Under the pieces are notes generated by a model. That model did not search any database and had not been told where the DNA came from. It saw only the letters and a program-made list of their open reading frames with translations. A stretch of DNA of 60,400 nt, counting the filler, from Candidatus Woesearchaeota archaeon (lineage in GTDB: Archaea; Nanobdellota; Nanobdellia; Woesearchaeales; CAZJJJ01), in the NCBI GenBank assembly GCA_046538795.1. It is 3 parts of 3 records of this genome, joined end to end, with 100 filler letters (N's around TTAATTAATTAA, not from the genome) between each part and the next. Parts side by side here need not be neighbours in the genome. Positions count along the whole stretch, not along the records: positions 41,000 to 60,400 come from JBKHIF010000023.1; 2 more parts are not named here. The stretch is one strand, 5' to 3'. The position numbers and the translations under genes are program-made. Position 1 is the stretch's first letter. Every line of letters begins with the position of its first letter. This document shows, one piece after another, positions 48,953 through 58,805 of the stretch.

Positions 48953-51271
48953 CTATCCAAGGACTTCTGCATCATCTACATCAATTGAAGCACCAGATGA
49001 AGTTGTTTCTTTTCTTACTGCAACATCTTCTTCATAGACAACAGGATATATCTCATCGTCTTTCTCAGAAACAGGAAGATCGATTGTTTCAATCTCCTCA
49101 AGGTCATCTGACAGATCATTTGCCATGATCCTTGTTTCTGAAAGCGTATATAAGACATCATCTATGTAGAGGCTTCTTACAATGCTTTTATCAGAGTAGA
49201 AATAATATCCGCTCTTAAGAAGGTCATCATCTGAATCAAGATGAGTTATCTTTCCTCTAAGATCAAAACCGTCTTCAGGAGTAAGCCCATAGACATAAGC
49301 ACCCTGAAAGATAAAGTCGCCGTAAGCCCACCTCATCTCTTCCTCATCAACATATTTCTCTGAATCAATCTCAGCCACCCTTATAGGAAGCACAAGAAGA
49401 TTCTTTTCTCTGTCGAAAAGAAATGCCTTATGGTTATAAAGGGCATCTGAATCAGTCCCCCTGTCGCCTATCTCGACATTTGCGATCTCTTTTGGATTTT
49501 CAACATCAGAGACATCAAATAAAGACATCTTTATTCCCTGCTGCCAGGCACGATCATTTTCCTTGTCTTCTTCTGTTGATTTTCCTATTCCGATTATATG
49601 ATTCTCATCATAAGGATGCAGATAATCCGAATATCCAGGTATCTTAAGCTGGCCTAGTATCTCGGGATCTTCAGGATCTTCAAGTCCTATGACAAACAAT
49701 GGATCTATTGTCCTGAATGTAACCATATAGGCCCTATCCTGCATAAACCTTACAGAATATATTCTCTCGCCGGGCGCTATATCTTCTATCTCGCCTACTA
49801 TATCAAGATCCATATCAAGGACATAAAGATTGTTTGCAGATTCTTCATCGCTCCACCAGTTATTGATTGTTGTCGCAATCCTGAAATAATCTCCATCCTC
49901 ATCTATGGAAAACTGGTTCAACGGAGTTCCCTGAACCTCTCCCTGAGCTTCATGTTCTATCTCAGAACCATCAATAGATATTCTGTGTATTATTGTTTTT
50001 TGCCTTTCTCTTGCTATTTCTTCCTGTATTTCCTGAACTTCAGACTCTATTTCTTCAGTAAGTTCTTCAAGGTCTTCAGGATCAAGAGATTCTGCGTACT
50101 CTGCAATTATATATTGTATCTCATTTATTTTTGTGGATTCTCTCAGATCATAACCTTGTATTTTCTGTATCTCATCCTGTACATCAGAAGGAAGGATATC
50201 CATCATTACCTCTTCTATTATCCGCTTTTCTTCATGGTAGTAAGGTATCTGCTTTTGATTTGTAAGATATATGTTGTCTTCTGACACATAAACATTCTGA
50301 CTGTATCCCTTAAGGATCGTCTTTTCTGTAAAACTGTTGTCGTTAAGATCTACTGCCATTATGGTTGAAAGCTGTCTTGATGTATCAGGCATGTCAAAAT
50401 AATATATATCTGTAACAGGTATTGTCCTTTCTCCACCCTTGTAATATATCACAGGCGGTTCAAATGTAGATCCTGTCCACTGATTTATTATGATATATGC
50501 ATAATCTCCAATCATCCTTGAATCATAATAGCTTCCTTCTACAAGGATATTCTCTTCTTCAATAGGATCTTCTTTATCGCTTATGTCAAATATCCTTATG
50601 AAAGTGTATGATGTTCTCGGGTAATATGGGTAAGGCATAATTCTTGCAACATCAGAAGAAGCACCACTGCTATCGGATTCGTCTCTTTTGTATTCATAGC
50701 CCATCATAACAAGCTTGTCATCATTTATGAATATCTCGTTCGGATTAACATCATCTATATTGAGTTCTGAAATGATCTCAGCATCATCTGCAGGATATGC
50801 TTTAACAATATATAGCTTAGAATTTGCAACATAATATATGTATTCACCATCAGTCTTTACAATGTCTGCCTCATCGACACCTTCTACCTGGATATTTGTT
50901 CCTGAATAATCAGATGTACCGCTTGCTGACGTGCTTGATGCAGATCCATCATCGCTATCAGATGCCCTAGGTGCTTGAACGCTTTCTTCCATAACATCCA
51001 TTGCAACACCTGAAGATTTTGCTCCTCCCATCAGGTTGTTACTACTTGAGTCTCCTGACGAAGAAGATTCGATAAATTCAGTGTATTCTTCAATACTTTC
51101 AAATCTCTTCAAAGAACCATCAAATTCAGAAAGATCTGTATTCCACTCATCACCATTTCCATAAGGTGGAGTATATATTCCCTGCATGCAACCTGTAATA
51201 AGTAAAGTTGCAAGAAATATAGCAAAAAGCATTACAGATGATCTCTTTGCATTATTTTTTTTGTTTTCCAT
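48953..51271 (-). CDS. Secreted beta-propeller domain lipoprotein
   Basis: Lipobox ITGC; YSGTNIQVEGVDEADIVKTDG, LNQFSIDE, GERIYSVRF, DPLFVI, KIPGYSDYLHP. Confidence 0.88.
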   Translation of the reverse strand: MENKKNNAKRSSVMLFAIFLATLLITGCMQGIYTPPYGNGDEWNTDLSEFDGSLKRFESIEEYTEFIESSSSGDSSSNNLMGGAKSSGVAMDVMEESVQAPRASDSDDGSASSTSASGTSDYSGTNIQVEGVDEADIVKTDGEYIYYVANSKLYIVKAYPADDAEIISELNIDDVNPNEIFINDDKLVMMGYEYKRDESDSSGASSDVARIMPYPYYPRTSYTFIRIFDISDKEDPIEEENILVEGSYYDSRMIGDYAYIIINQWTGSTFEPPVIYYKGGERTIPVTDIYYFDMPDTSRQLSTIMAVDLNDNSFTEKTILKGYSQNVYVSEDNIYLTNQKQIPYYHEEKRIIEEVMMDILPSDVQDEIQKIQGYDLRESTKINEIQYIIAEYAESLDPEDLEELTEEIESEVQEIQEEIARERQKTIIHRISIDGSEIEHEAQGEVQGTPLNQFSIDEDGDYFRIATTINNWWSDEESANNLYVLDMDLDIVGEIEDIAPGERIYSVRFMQDRAYMVTFRTIDPLFVIGLEDPEDPEILGQLKIPGYSDYLHPYDENHIIGIGKSTEEDKENDRAWQQGIKMSLFDVSDVENPKEIANVEIGDRGTDSDALYNHKAFLFDREKNLLVLPIRVAEIDSEKYVDEEEMRWAYGDFIFQGAYVYGLTPEDGFDLRGKITHLDSDDDLLKSGYYFYSDKSIVRSLYIDDVLYTLSETRIMANDLSDDLEEIETIDLPVSEKDDEIYPVVYEEDVAVRKETTSSGASIDVDDAEVLG

Positions 51272-51357
51272 AGGATTTCACCTCAGGTCTCAACATGAAT
51301 TTTTATATTTTAAAGAATATTTTAATCATTGATTTATTTAAATGCTGTTTTATATTA

Positions 51358-51400
51358 AGGTAAATGCCTAATCAACAACAATCCTTAATCAACAACAATC
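51358..51400. promoter_or_regulatory. Putative operator AGGTAAATGCCT (site 2) plus 15-bp direct repeat
   Basis: 12-mer at 51358-51369; TAATCAACAACAATC at 51369 and 51386. Confidence 0.55.
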
Positions 51401-51454
51401 TTTATATTTATTTAATGCAAAACCCTTTTAAATAGATATCTATTTACAATAAAT

Positions 51455-52936
51455 ATGGATGATACTACAATCAAGCTTCTCGGAGCAGTAGGCATACTTT
51501 TCTTAGGCTTCATAATATCAAAAGTAGGAAGCAAGATACTCAACAGGTCATATAGAAAGAGGAACAAGCTTAAGACATTCAAGAAAAATCCTTTTTCGAG
51601 CCTGTTTTCAAATGTGGTAATCACGCTTTCGATATTTGTTGCGCTTTTCTTTCTCCAGATAACCATAACAGAAGAATTCTTCCTGAACATATATAATATA
51701 CTTCCAGATGTTCTTTCGTTTGTGCTTCTTATTTCACTTATCATAATAATTGTGAACATACTCATGAACGTAATCGAGAAGATAATGGACAAGTCAGGTT
51801 TATCAAATCTTGTAAAAGAATACGATCATGGATTTATATTTAACATTTTCTTAGGAATACTCAGGATAATACTTTATGCAGTCTTAGGCATATTTGCCCT
51901 AAACTCTTTGGGGATCGCAGGCAATGTTTCAACTACGCTTAGCTATGTGCTGTATCCTATGTTTGTCTTTCTTTTGGTTATAATATTCTACGGCACAAAG
52001 GAATTTGTAGCAAACTTTTTTGCAGGCATGTATATCAAAAACTCACCTAATTTCCAGGTGGGACAAAGGATGAGATACAAAGATATTGTCGGAACAATAG
52101 AAGAGGTAAATAATGACTCTGTCATGATATCTACTGAATCAGGATATAACCATTACATACCTAACCAGTATTTTTTAAAGCACATAATATCTTTCAAGGA
52201 AGTTGATACTGATATCCCGACTCTTGAAGAGATCAAGGAAAATTATGTTGCACAGACTCCAAGTTTCTGCGGACCTGCATCTGCCGCCATGGTTCTTGAT
52301 ATATTCGGTTATGGATTCACACAAGAGCAGATAGGCAAAGAAGCAGGAGCAGAAGTAGGTAAAGGTACAAAACCAGACATGCTCATAAAAGCTGTAGAGA
52401 AGCTCACGAAAAAGAACGTTATCGGAACATGGATCAATATAGATATGATCAATAATCTTCGTGAAGAGGTAATGTCTTGGCTTGACGATGATGCTCTTAT
52501 AATAATAGATTACAAGAAAAACGTGCTTTTTCCTGAAAGCAAGGGCGCTCATTACTCAATTGCATTAGCTGTTGAGGGAGAAGAGCTTGTAGTTCTTGAT
52601 CCAAGCTCAAAAAAAGGCGGTGTTTTCCTTGCAGACTATAAAAAGATTGAACGTGGAATGGACACATATTCTGAACTTATAGGAGGAAAGCGCGGATACA
52701 TAGTTCTAGCACCTAAAGATTCAAGAGCATACAACAGGATAAAACAAGGACTTATATATTCTGATTTCAACCTTTATACAAAGCTCAACAGAAGACTTCA
52801 GAAAAGCTTCAATGAGCTTGTGAAAAAAGCAGATTTTCTTGAAAAAATCATACCAGGAAGAGTTCGTGATTTCATAGATAAAAAAAGACAGAAAGAGAAG
52901 ATTTCTCGTGTGTGGCGGCCAAAGCCCAGAGCGTGA
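51455..52936 (+). CDS. MscS-like channel fused to C39-like cysteine peptidase
   Basis: TM helices, ANFFAG, FQVGQR..GTIEEV..IPN; then QTPSFCGPAS, HYS, LDPS. Confidence 0.8.
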   Translation: MDDTTIKLLGAVGILFLGFIISKVGSKILNRSYRKRNKLKTFKKNPFSSLFSNVVITLSIFVALFFLQITITEEFFLNIYNILPDVLSFVLLISLIIIIVNILMNVIEKIMDKSGLSNLVKEYDHGFIFNIFLGILRIILYAVLGIFALNSLGIAGNVSTTLSYVLYPMFVFLLVIIFYGTKEFVANFFAGMYIKNSPNFQVGQRMRYKDIVGTIEEVNNDSVMISTESGYNHYIPNQYFLKHIISFKEVDTDIPTLEEIKENYVAQTPSFCGPASAAMVLDIFGYGFTQEQIGKEAGAEVGKGTKPDMLIKAVEKLTKKNVIGTWINIDMINNLREEVMSWLDDDALIIIDYKKNVLFPESKGAHYSIALAVEGEELVVLDPSSKKGGVFLADYKKIERGMDTYSELIGGKRGYIVLAPKDSRAYNRIKQGLIYSDFNLYTKLNRRLQKSFNELVKKADFLEKIIPGRVRDFIDKKRQKEKISRVWRPKPRA

Positions 52937-53539
52937 TCATAAATTATCATGATTATATTCTGTGATATGTCCTTCATATAAGTCTCTTATCATTGCATCC
53001 ATCTGTTCAGATGAAACATCTGAAGATATAACCTTACATCTTCCCCCAATTTTATCTAACTGAAAAGGTCCTGCATTAAAGATATTCCATTCATTAGTAT
53101 AGTTATTGATTATACATAGTAAATCATTGTCACCACTATTTCTTTGATGGGGCCAGGTGATCTTATAAGTAGATAATGCAAACCTGGACGAATCATCATG
53201 TCTTACAAAGAATTCAGGTCGATCATCATAATGCATATTGGCCATCCATTGACAGGTTTCCAATACATGATATGGATTACCTAAACGTCTCCATGACAAA
53301 CCCTTTCTATGTTCAGATCTATTGTCAAAAAAAATCTTTGATATATCTTCTATCGATAAGTTGAAAGCAATCTCATTGCCGTCTCTGTCTCGGTCTGAGA
53401 TTAAGATATAAGAATCCCAAGACTTTTTTAACCTACCAGGCAGCAGATATTCCAGCAAAACCCTGCCTGAAAAAAATACAACATCATCAAGATCTAAACC
53501 AGATTCGTCTAGTTTCATCTGACTTTTCCGTCCAAACAT
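52937..53539 (-). CDS. Hypothetical protein
   Basis: 200 aa ORF from ATG 53539 after a TATA-like element; no recognised motif. Confidence 0.6.
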   Translation of the reverse strand: MFGRKSQMKLDESGLDLDDVVFFSGRVLLEYLLPGRLKKSWDSYILISDRDRDGNEIAFNLSIEDISKIFFDNRSEHRKGLSWRRLGNPYHVLETCQWMANMHYDDRPEFFVRHDDSSRFALSTYKITWPHQRNSGDNDLLCIINNYTNEWNIFNAGPFQLDKIGGRCKVISSDVSSEQMDAMIRDLYEGHITEYNHDNL

Positions 53540-53896
53540 ATTTGAAAAGAATAGACTTATTGTATAAAAAAGTATCTTCAAAAGACTCAAGTGGATTAAA
53601 CAGGATTCAAGAGGATAAAACAAGGACTCAGGTATTTTTTGCAGTTCTCAGGCACAACAAGATCTTCAATCATATAATAAAGAAATGAAACCAAATCATC
53701 AATTATTTTCTAAAAAACAACAAGTGTCAAAAACATTTTAGCAACCATAATGTATTTTAGTATACAAAATAGTATACTAGTTCAAAAAAACACAACATTT
53801 ATATACTAGTTGCATCATAGAGATATTTAGATAATAAAAATTGAGTTTGAGTGAGAAAACAAAAATCAATCGCCCCCAACTATTATTCAAAAACTC

Positions 53897-54177
53897 GCAT
53901 TGATAGCTATTTATCAATGCTTCATTCACGATAAAGAAGATTCCCTATACCACTATTCTATCTTCTACCAAACCAACCACCCCACTAACCAACCACAATA
54001 GGGAATCTTTCTTTTTTTTCATATTCATGGTAAAGGGCTCCTCATACCCTACTTTCTTACCCCTCACACACTCACAACACACACAACGAGGAGCTCTTCC
54101 TTTTCTTTTTTTAACTTAAAATCTTAAAACCAAACATGGCACATCACATCACGAGAGGACAGGATTTTCCTGTCCTT
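53897..54177 (+). ncRNA. Putative structured non-coding RNA(s)
   Basis: Four stem-loops; two have 11-12 bp stems, G-free 44-49 nt loops and T-rich tails. Confidence 0.5.
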
Positions 54178-54353
54178 CATTCTTTAACTTTTATGATTTC
54201 AGATCTGGCTTTAGATATTTTCAAAGAGATAAAAGATTGCAGCTATAATACAGAACCAAATATCACACACCTTTTATGATTATCTCAATGATCTTAAGAG
54301 ATTTATTGTCCCATATACAAATTCAAGAAAAATTATTTAAATAAAAAAGACTT

Positions 54354-54884
54354 ATGAAAAATATGTCGCAGATTGAATTAGCACAAGAATATTGCAAAAT
54401 ATTTCATGAAGGCATATTCAGAAAAGATAATGTCACGCCTTATTATACTCATCCATTTGCAGTCGCAGACATTCTAAAAAACTATGGTTATTCTGATGAA
54501 GAAACACAAATAATAGCATATCTTCATGATACCATTGAAGATACACCACTGCGTCTTAAAGAGATAAGAACTGTATTTGGCCCTACTATTTCTCTTGCAG
54601 TTTTCCAGCTTTCGAGAAATAAAGGAGAGACTCTTTCAGGAGAAAAACTAAATGATAAGCAGTATATGGACAGGATTCTTTATTCATGGCCGCGCGTCCA
54701 AAGAGTAAAAATAGCAGACATGATCGATAATACAAAAACACTTGAAGCCCTTTCTGATTCAGGAATAGAAAAAAAGATCAAAGAATCAAACGGGTTCTAT
54801 ATCCCGCTTGGAAAAAAGGTTGCACCTATGATGGTAGGAGAACTTGAAGAAAATATTGAAAATTATCTTCTTAAAAGCGCATAA
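54354..54884 (+). CDS. HD-domain hydrolase, Mesh1/SpoT small alarmone hydrolase-like
   Basis: HEGIFRK..PYYTHP..VA, YLHDTIEDT, FG, VKIADMIDN. Confidence 0.85.
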   Translation: MKNMSQIELAQEYCKIFHEGIFRKDNVTPYYTHPFAVADILKNYGYSDEETQIIAYLHDTIEDTPLRLKEIRTVFGPTISLAVFQLSRNKGETLSGEKLNDKQYMDRILYSWPRVQRVKIADMIDNTKTLEALSDSGIEKKIKESNGFYIPLGKKVAPMMVGELEENIENYLLKSA

Positions 54885-54946
54885 TAAACCACTACCAAGT
54901 AACAACAAACAAAACATTTATAAACTAACTATATTTTGGTCGCGTT

Positions 54947-55975
54947 ATGAGGCTAAAAAACAAGATCTTTTTAGGACTTGGAACATTAAGTTTAGCTTTA
55001 GCATCATATGGTACTTTCGCTATTAATAACAATAATATAGGAGCTTTAGAACCAATATCTCTTGATTCTATTGTTTACACAGATTATTTCTATGAATCAC
55101 AGATAATTCCTTCAGAAAATAATCAAGAATTTGCGTCTGAAGTTTCTTATATGATTCCTGAAGAAAAAACAATTGAAAATAATATTCTTGAAGAAGAGAT
55201 CGAAAGATCATATTTAGAAAACTTGCCAAACAGGAATTCTCAGGATGGAAGAACAAGACATCTAGTAGAATATGGGGATATGCTCAATCAAATAGCAAGA
55301 GAATATGCAGGCCCAAATGCCTCAGCAAACGAAGTATACATGATGGTAAGAGGTATAGAAGATATCAATTCTATCCCAAACATAAACTCATTAAGTGTAT
55401 TTTCACTTCTTACAATACCAAAAGAATCTAATGATCCTATCGACAGTATTTTGTATGAAAACATGGATAAAGAAGAAAGGATAAGATTCTTAGAACGAAG
55501 AACACCTGTTCAGGCAAACAATTATATTGAAGATTTTGTAGAAATCTCAAAAAATATTGGTATTGATCCAAGAATCTCCCTGGCTATTTCTTGGAAAGAA
55601 AGTGAATTTAATGAGAACGCAAGAGCAGGATATTATAATTCCGATGGAAGATTTATAGTAACAGGACAGGGAATCATGCAGATAAATCCTCAAGTTCATG
55701 CTGTTTCTGACAATTACAGGGAAAATATAGAATATGCCCTTGGTTATTTCAAAGATATGTATGAAAATATAAGAGAAGCAACTGATTCTGATCAGATTGC
55801 GCTTCTTAGGACATTTGCATCCTACAATGCAGGTCCTGCAAGAATTAATAATCTGATTGCATCAGGAGACTGGGACGGAAGAACAATAGAAAATATGCCC
55901 ATAGAAGAGACAAGGATATTTCTTTCAAAGATAAATGATTATCTCTCTCACATGGACGCATATTTGTTTGATTAA
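54947..55975 (+). CDS. Membrane-anchored LysM + SLT lytic transglycosylase
   Basis: N-terminal hydrophobic helix; HLVEYGDMLNQIA...N.I.N...L...LTIP; AISWKESEF, GIMQINP, ASYNAGP, ETR. Confidence 0.88.
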   Translation: MRLKNKIFLGLGTLSLALASYGTFAINNNNIGALEPISLDSIVYTDYFYESQIIPSENNQEFASEVSYMIPEEKTIENNILEEEIERSYLENLPNRNSQDGRTRHLVEYGDMLNQIAREYAGPNASANEVYMMVRGIEDINSIPNINSLSVFSLLTIPKESNDPIDSILYENMDKEERIRFLERRTPVQANNYIEDFVEISKNIGIDPRISLAISWKESEFNENARAGYYNSDGRFIVTGQGIMQINPQVHAVSDNYRENIEYALGYFKDMYENIREATDSDQIALLRTFASYNAGPARINNLIASGDWDGRTIENMPIEETRIFLSKINDYLSHMDAYLFD

Positions 55976-56095
55976 ATTAAATAAACTCTTTTTTCACTTT
56001 GAAGTAGTCAAAAAGCGAAACATTTATAAAGGAAAAACACCATTATTACTGTATAATAGTCATAATTTAGTCTAAGGACTAAAAGGGGTGGAAAA

Positions 56096-56515
56096 ATGGC
56101 TGAAGCAACAAAAGATCTCGAAAAGATTGTTGAAAAACCTGTGAACAAAAATGGTCTTAGGAGAACATTGACAAGGGGTGCTATTCTTACAGGCCTTGGA
56201 ATAGCAGCAGCACTTAGCGTATATTCAAACATAAAAAATAATGAAGAACCAGTTCCTGTTGAATCTGAATATGGAACACAGGTTGTTGCTGAATATACTC
56301 AGGATAATGATGATTATGGTTTTGCAGATATTGCATTTGGTTTGGGACAAAATGCCTATGATCCAATAGATGCATCTGGTGCAACAATAAGCGATGTTAT
56401 TGGAAATGCTTTTAATGAACAGACAGATTATGAATTCCTTCAAAAAGATCATCCATACACGTTCAGGTTGTATGAAGATGGAAATATTGAAGTAGTTCCT
56501 GCAAAATACGAATAA
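56096..56515 (+). CDS. Membrane-anchored acidic protein
   Basis: Basic N-terminus, one TM helix, acidic C-domain; GGGGTGG RBS. Confidence 0.75.
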   Translation: MAEATKDLEKIVEKPVNKNGLRRTLTRGAILTGLGIAAALSVYSNIKNNEEPVPVESEYGTQVVAEYTQDNDDYGFADIAFGLGQNAYDPIDASGATISDVIGNAFNEQTDYEFLQKDHPYTFRLYEDGNIEVVPAKYE

Positions 56516-56530
56516 AATCAGGTAATCAAA

Positions 56531-57118
56531 ATGAATAGACCAGAAAGAAAAGCAAAAAGAGAAGAAAAAAAAGCTAAATTTAAGAAATCGATAGATGATT
56601 TTGCAGATGGATCTTTCATGAAAATCGCAAGACAGCCTGCAAGATTAGTTTCAAGGATATTTGGCAAAAAAGATACTGAGAAATCAACAGCAAGAAAATA
56701 TGCTGAAAGTATTGTAAGTTTTCCAGTAACAACTGCATTTTATTCAACTCTTGCACTTGCAGCACTTTCTTATGCTAAGGGTTTTGTCACAGGAACCATA
56801 AATCCTACAGAATACAACACAAGAACAGAATATGTTGATAATTTGAAAATTGCTCAAGAAGGAGATTCATTTTGGGGTACAGCTCATGATATCGGTGCTT
56901 TATGCATTGATGGAAACAGGATTGAACTTACAGCAGACATGATGGAAGATTATCATAATGAACATATTGGAGAAAGGATGCTTTGGCCTGGTGACGAAAT
57001 GGGTGCAGCAGTTGCTGTCAATTATCCAAGAAGGCTTGCTTCAGGACATAATGAGGGTGTTGAATCTTTAAAAGAAACAGCAAGATATTCCAAAGAAAGA
57101 ATTGATGAAATCTTTTAG
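56531..57118 (+). CDS. Membrane-anchored protein with degenerate LysM-like domain
   Basis: One TM helix; IAQEGDSFWGTA...N...LWPGDEM resembles LysM consensus. Confidence 0.65.
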   Translation: MNRPERKAKREEKKAKFKKSIDDFADGSFMKIARQPARLVSRIFGKKDTEKSTARKYAESIVSFPVTTAFYSTLALAALSYAKGFVTGTINPTEYNTRTEYVDNLKIAQEGDSFWGTAHDIGALCIDGNRIELTADMMEDYHNEHIGERMLWPGDEMGAAVAVNYPRRLASGHNEGVESLKETARYSKERIDEIF

Positions 57119-57199
57119 AGGTAAAAGATGATATTCTTATTCGTTTTCATAATCCTTTTCAAAAAAGCCAATGAAAAGGCAAATATTTTCTTATCACTT

Positions 57200-57445
57200 T
57201 TAGAGTGGAAATGAATCATCCTTTAATTTGAAACGGGGCAGAGGATTATCTCTTGTTATATCAAGATACATAACTTCTGACATAATAGTGTTTATTGCAT
57301 GTTCTCTTGCCTCATCTTGTGTAACAAGACCTAGCAGATATATTCTGTGCTGAGGCTCAGAATAATCCCCTAAAAAATCAGTTTGGCATGGAAAATGATC
57401 AATCAAAACCAAAAGTCCAGAATCATCTTCCTCAATTAAAATCAC
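57200..57445 (-). CDS. Hypothetical protein
   Basis: 81 aa ORF with GTG start; no motif. Confidence 0.4.
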   Translation of the reverse strand: MILIEEDDSGLLVLIDHFPCQTDFLGDYSEPQHRIYLLGLVTQDEAREHAINTIMSEVMYLDITRDNPLPRFKLKDDSFPL

Positions 57446-57519
57446 AAATAAAGCAATTTCTTAAAAAATAATCTTTTCAAACCCAAACTTTTTAACCAAA
57501 AAACAATTCTCAAAAATAC

Positions 57520-58746
57520 ATGAACCTATGCTACAGGTGCAAAGGAAGGGGATTTTGCGGACATAAGTGCACTATTTTTGAAAAGCTTAAAGTCCAGAAA
57601 AAGGTAAATCTCAATTTCAAGCAGGATTTCTATGGAAAAACACCTAATGTCTTTGTAGGAAAATTTGGCTACCCTAATGTGAATGTAGGATTATTATCGA
57701 CAGAGCAGGAAGCATACAAAGAAAATGATAATCCTCTTTTATGGAGCAAAAACAATTATTCAGTCGGAAAAGTTGTTGATCTAAGATCTGAACTTGTTAA
57801 CAGCTCATTTTCTTCAAACATTAATATTCCAAGACAAATTACAAGAAACAGGTTTGAAGAGCTTTCAAAAGAATTATCGCTCTCAAAAAAACCTGTTGAT
57901 ACAGAACTCCATCTTAAGCAAAAACCACAGTTCAGGCTTTCTTTCAATCAGGAGGCAGCTCCTCATGGACCTAACTCAAAACTCGAAAAGGCAGAAGCGA
58001 CAGAAAATATAAGAATTCCAACAAAAATAGACAAGGCAGTATCTGATTATGACTATAAAGCAGGATCAGCCCTATCAACCCTGTATAAGCGATTCGACGA
58101 GCATTACTTAACAAAAATACTTAGTGTCGGAAATCTGGGAATAAAAACACAAAGAAAACTTGTACCTACAAGATGGGCAATAACTGCTGTCGATGATACA
58201 TTAGGAAAAGACGGAATAAAAGAAATCAGGGATTTTTCCAACAATATGGACTATACAGCCTATTTTGGAGGCCATATGGGAAATTACTACATTGCAATGT
58301 TCTTTCCTGACTGCTGGAGTTATGAGCTTTTTGAATCATATCTTCCTAAATCAGTCTATAATCAGGGAAATGAAACACCTTATTCAACAGATTACGAATC
58401 ATTTTCAGGAAGAAAAGAGTATGCCTATGAGACAGCAGGAGGTTATTATGCAGCAAGACTTCCTGTCATAGATTTTCTCAAAGAAAAAAAACGCCAGTCT
58501 TCAGTAATTCTCCTAAGATTCATAACAAGCGAATACTGGGCTCCTTTAGGTGTTTGGGTGGTGCGCGAATCTGTTAAAAAAACTCTTAAAACAAAAGGCA
58601 TAACCTTTTCTTCAAAAGAGCTTATGATAGAATATGCAAAAAAGCTTGTAAAAAAGAAATTTGATGTTGATATTAAAAGGATACTTGAAAAAAGCAAGCT
58701 TTTAAACAACATGAAAAACCAGTCAAAATTAAACAGATTTTTTTAA
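57520..58746 (+). CDS. nreA: DNA repair protein Nre
   Basis: CYRCKGRGFCG, VFVGKFGYP, KLVPTRWAITAVD, GGYYAAR, PLGVWVVRE, PIP box QSKLNRFF. Confidence 0.92.
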   Translation: MNLCYRCKGRGFCGHKCTIFEKLKVQKKVNLNFKQDFYGKTPNVFVGKFGYPNVNVGLLSTEQEAYKENDNPLLWSKNNYSVGKVVDLRSELVNSSFSSNINIPRQITRNRFEELSKELSLSKKPVDTELHLKQKPQFRLSFNQEAAPHGPNSKLEKAEATENIRIPTKIDKAVSDYDYKAGSALSTLYKRFDEHYLTKILSVGNLGIKTQRKLVPTRWAITAVDDTLGKDGIKEIRDFSNNMDYTAYFGGHMGNYYIAMFFPDCWSYELFESYLPKSVYNQGNETPYSTDYESFSGRKEYAYETAGGYYAARLPVIDFLKEKKRQSSVILLRFITSEYWAPLGVWVVRESVKKTLKTKGITFSSKELMIEYAKKLVKKKFDVDIKRILEKSKLLNNMKNQSKLNRFF

Positions 58747-58805
58747 TTTCTTTACAAAAAAAGAGTACAAAACCAATGGTTTTATAAGCGAGTTCTCACT
58801 GACTA

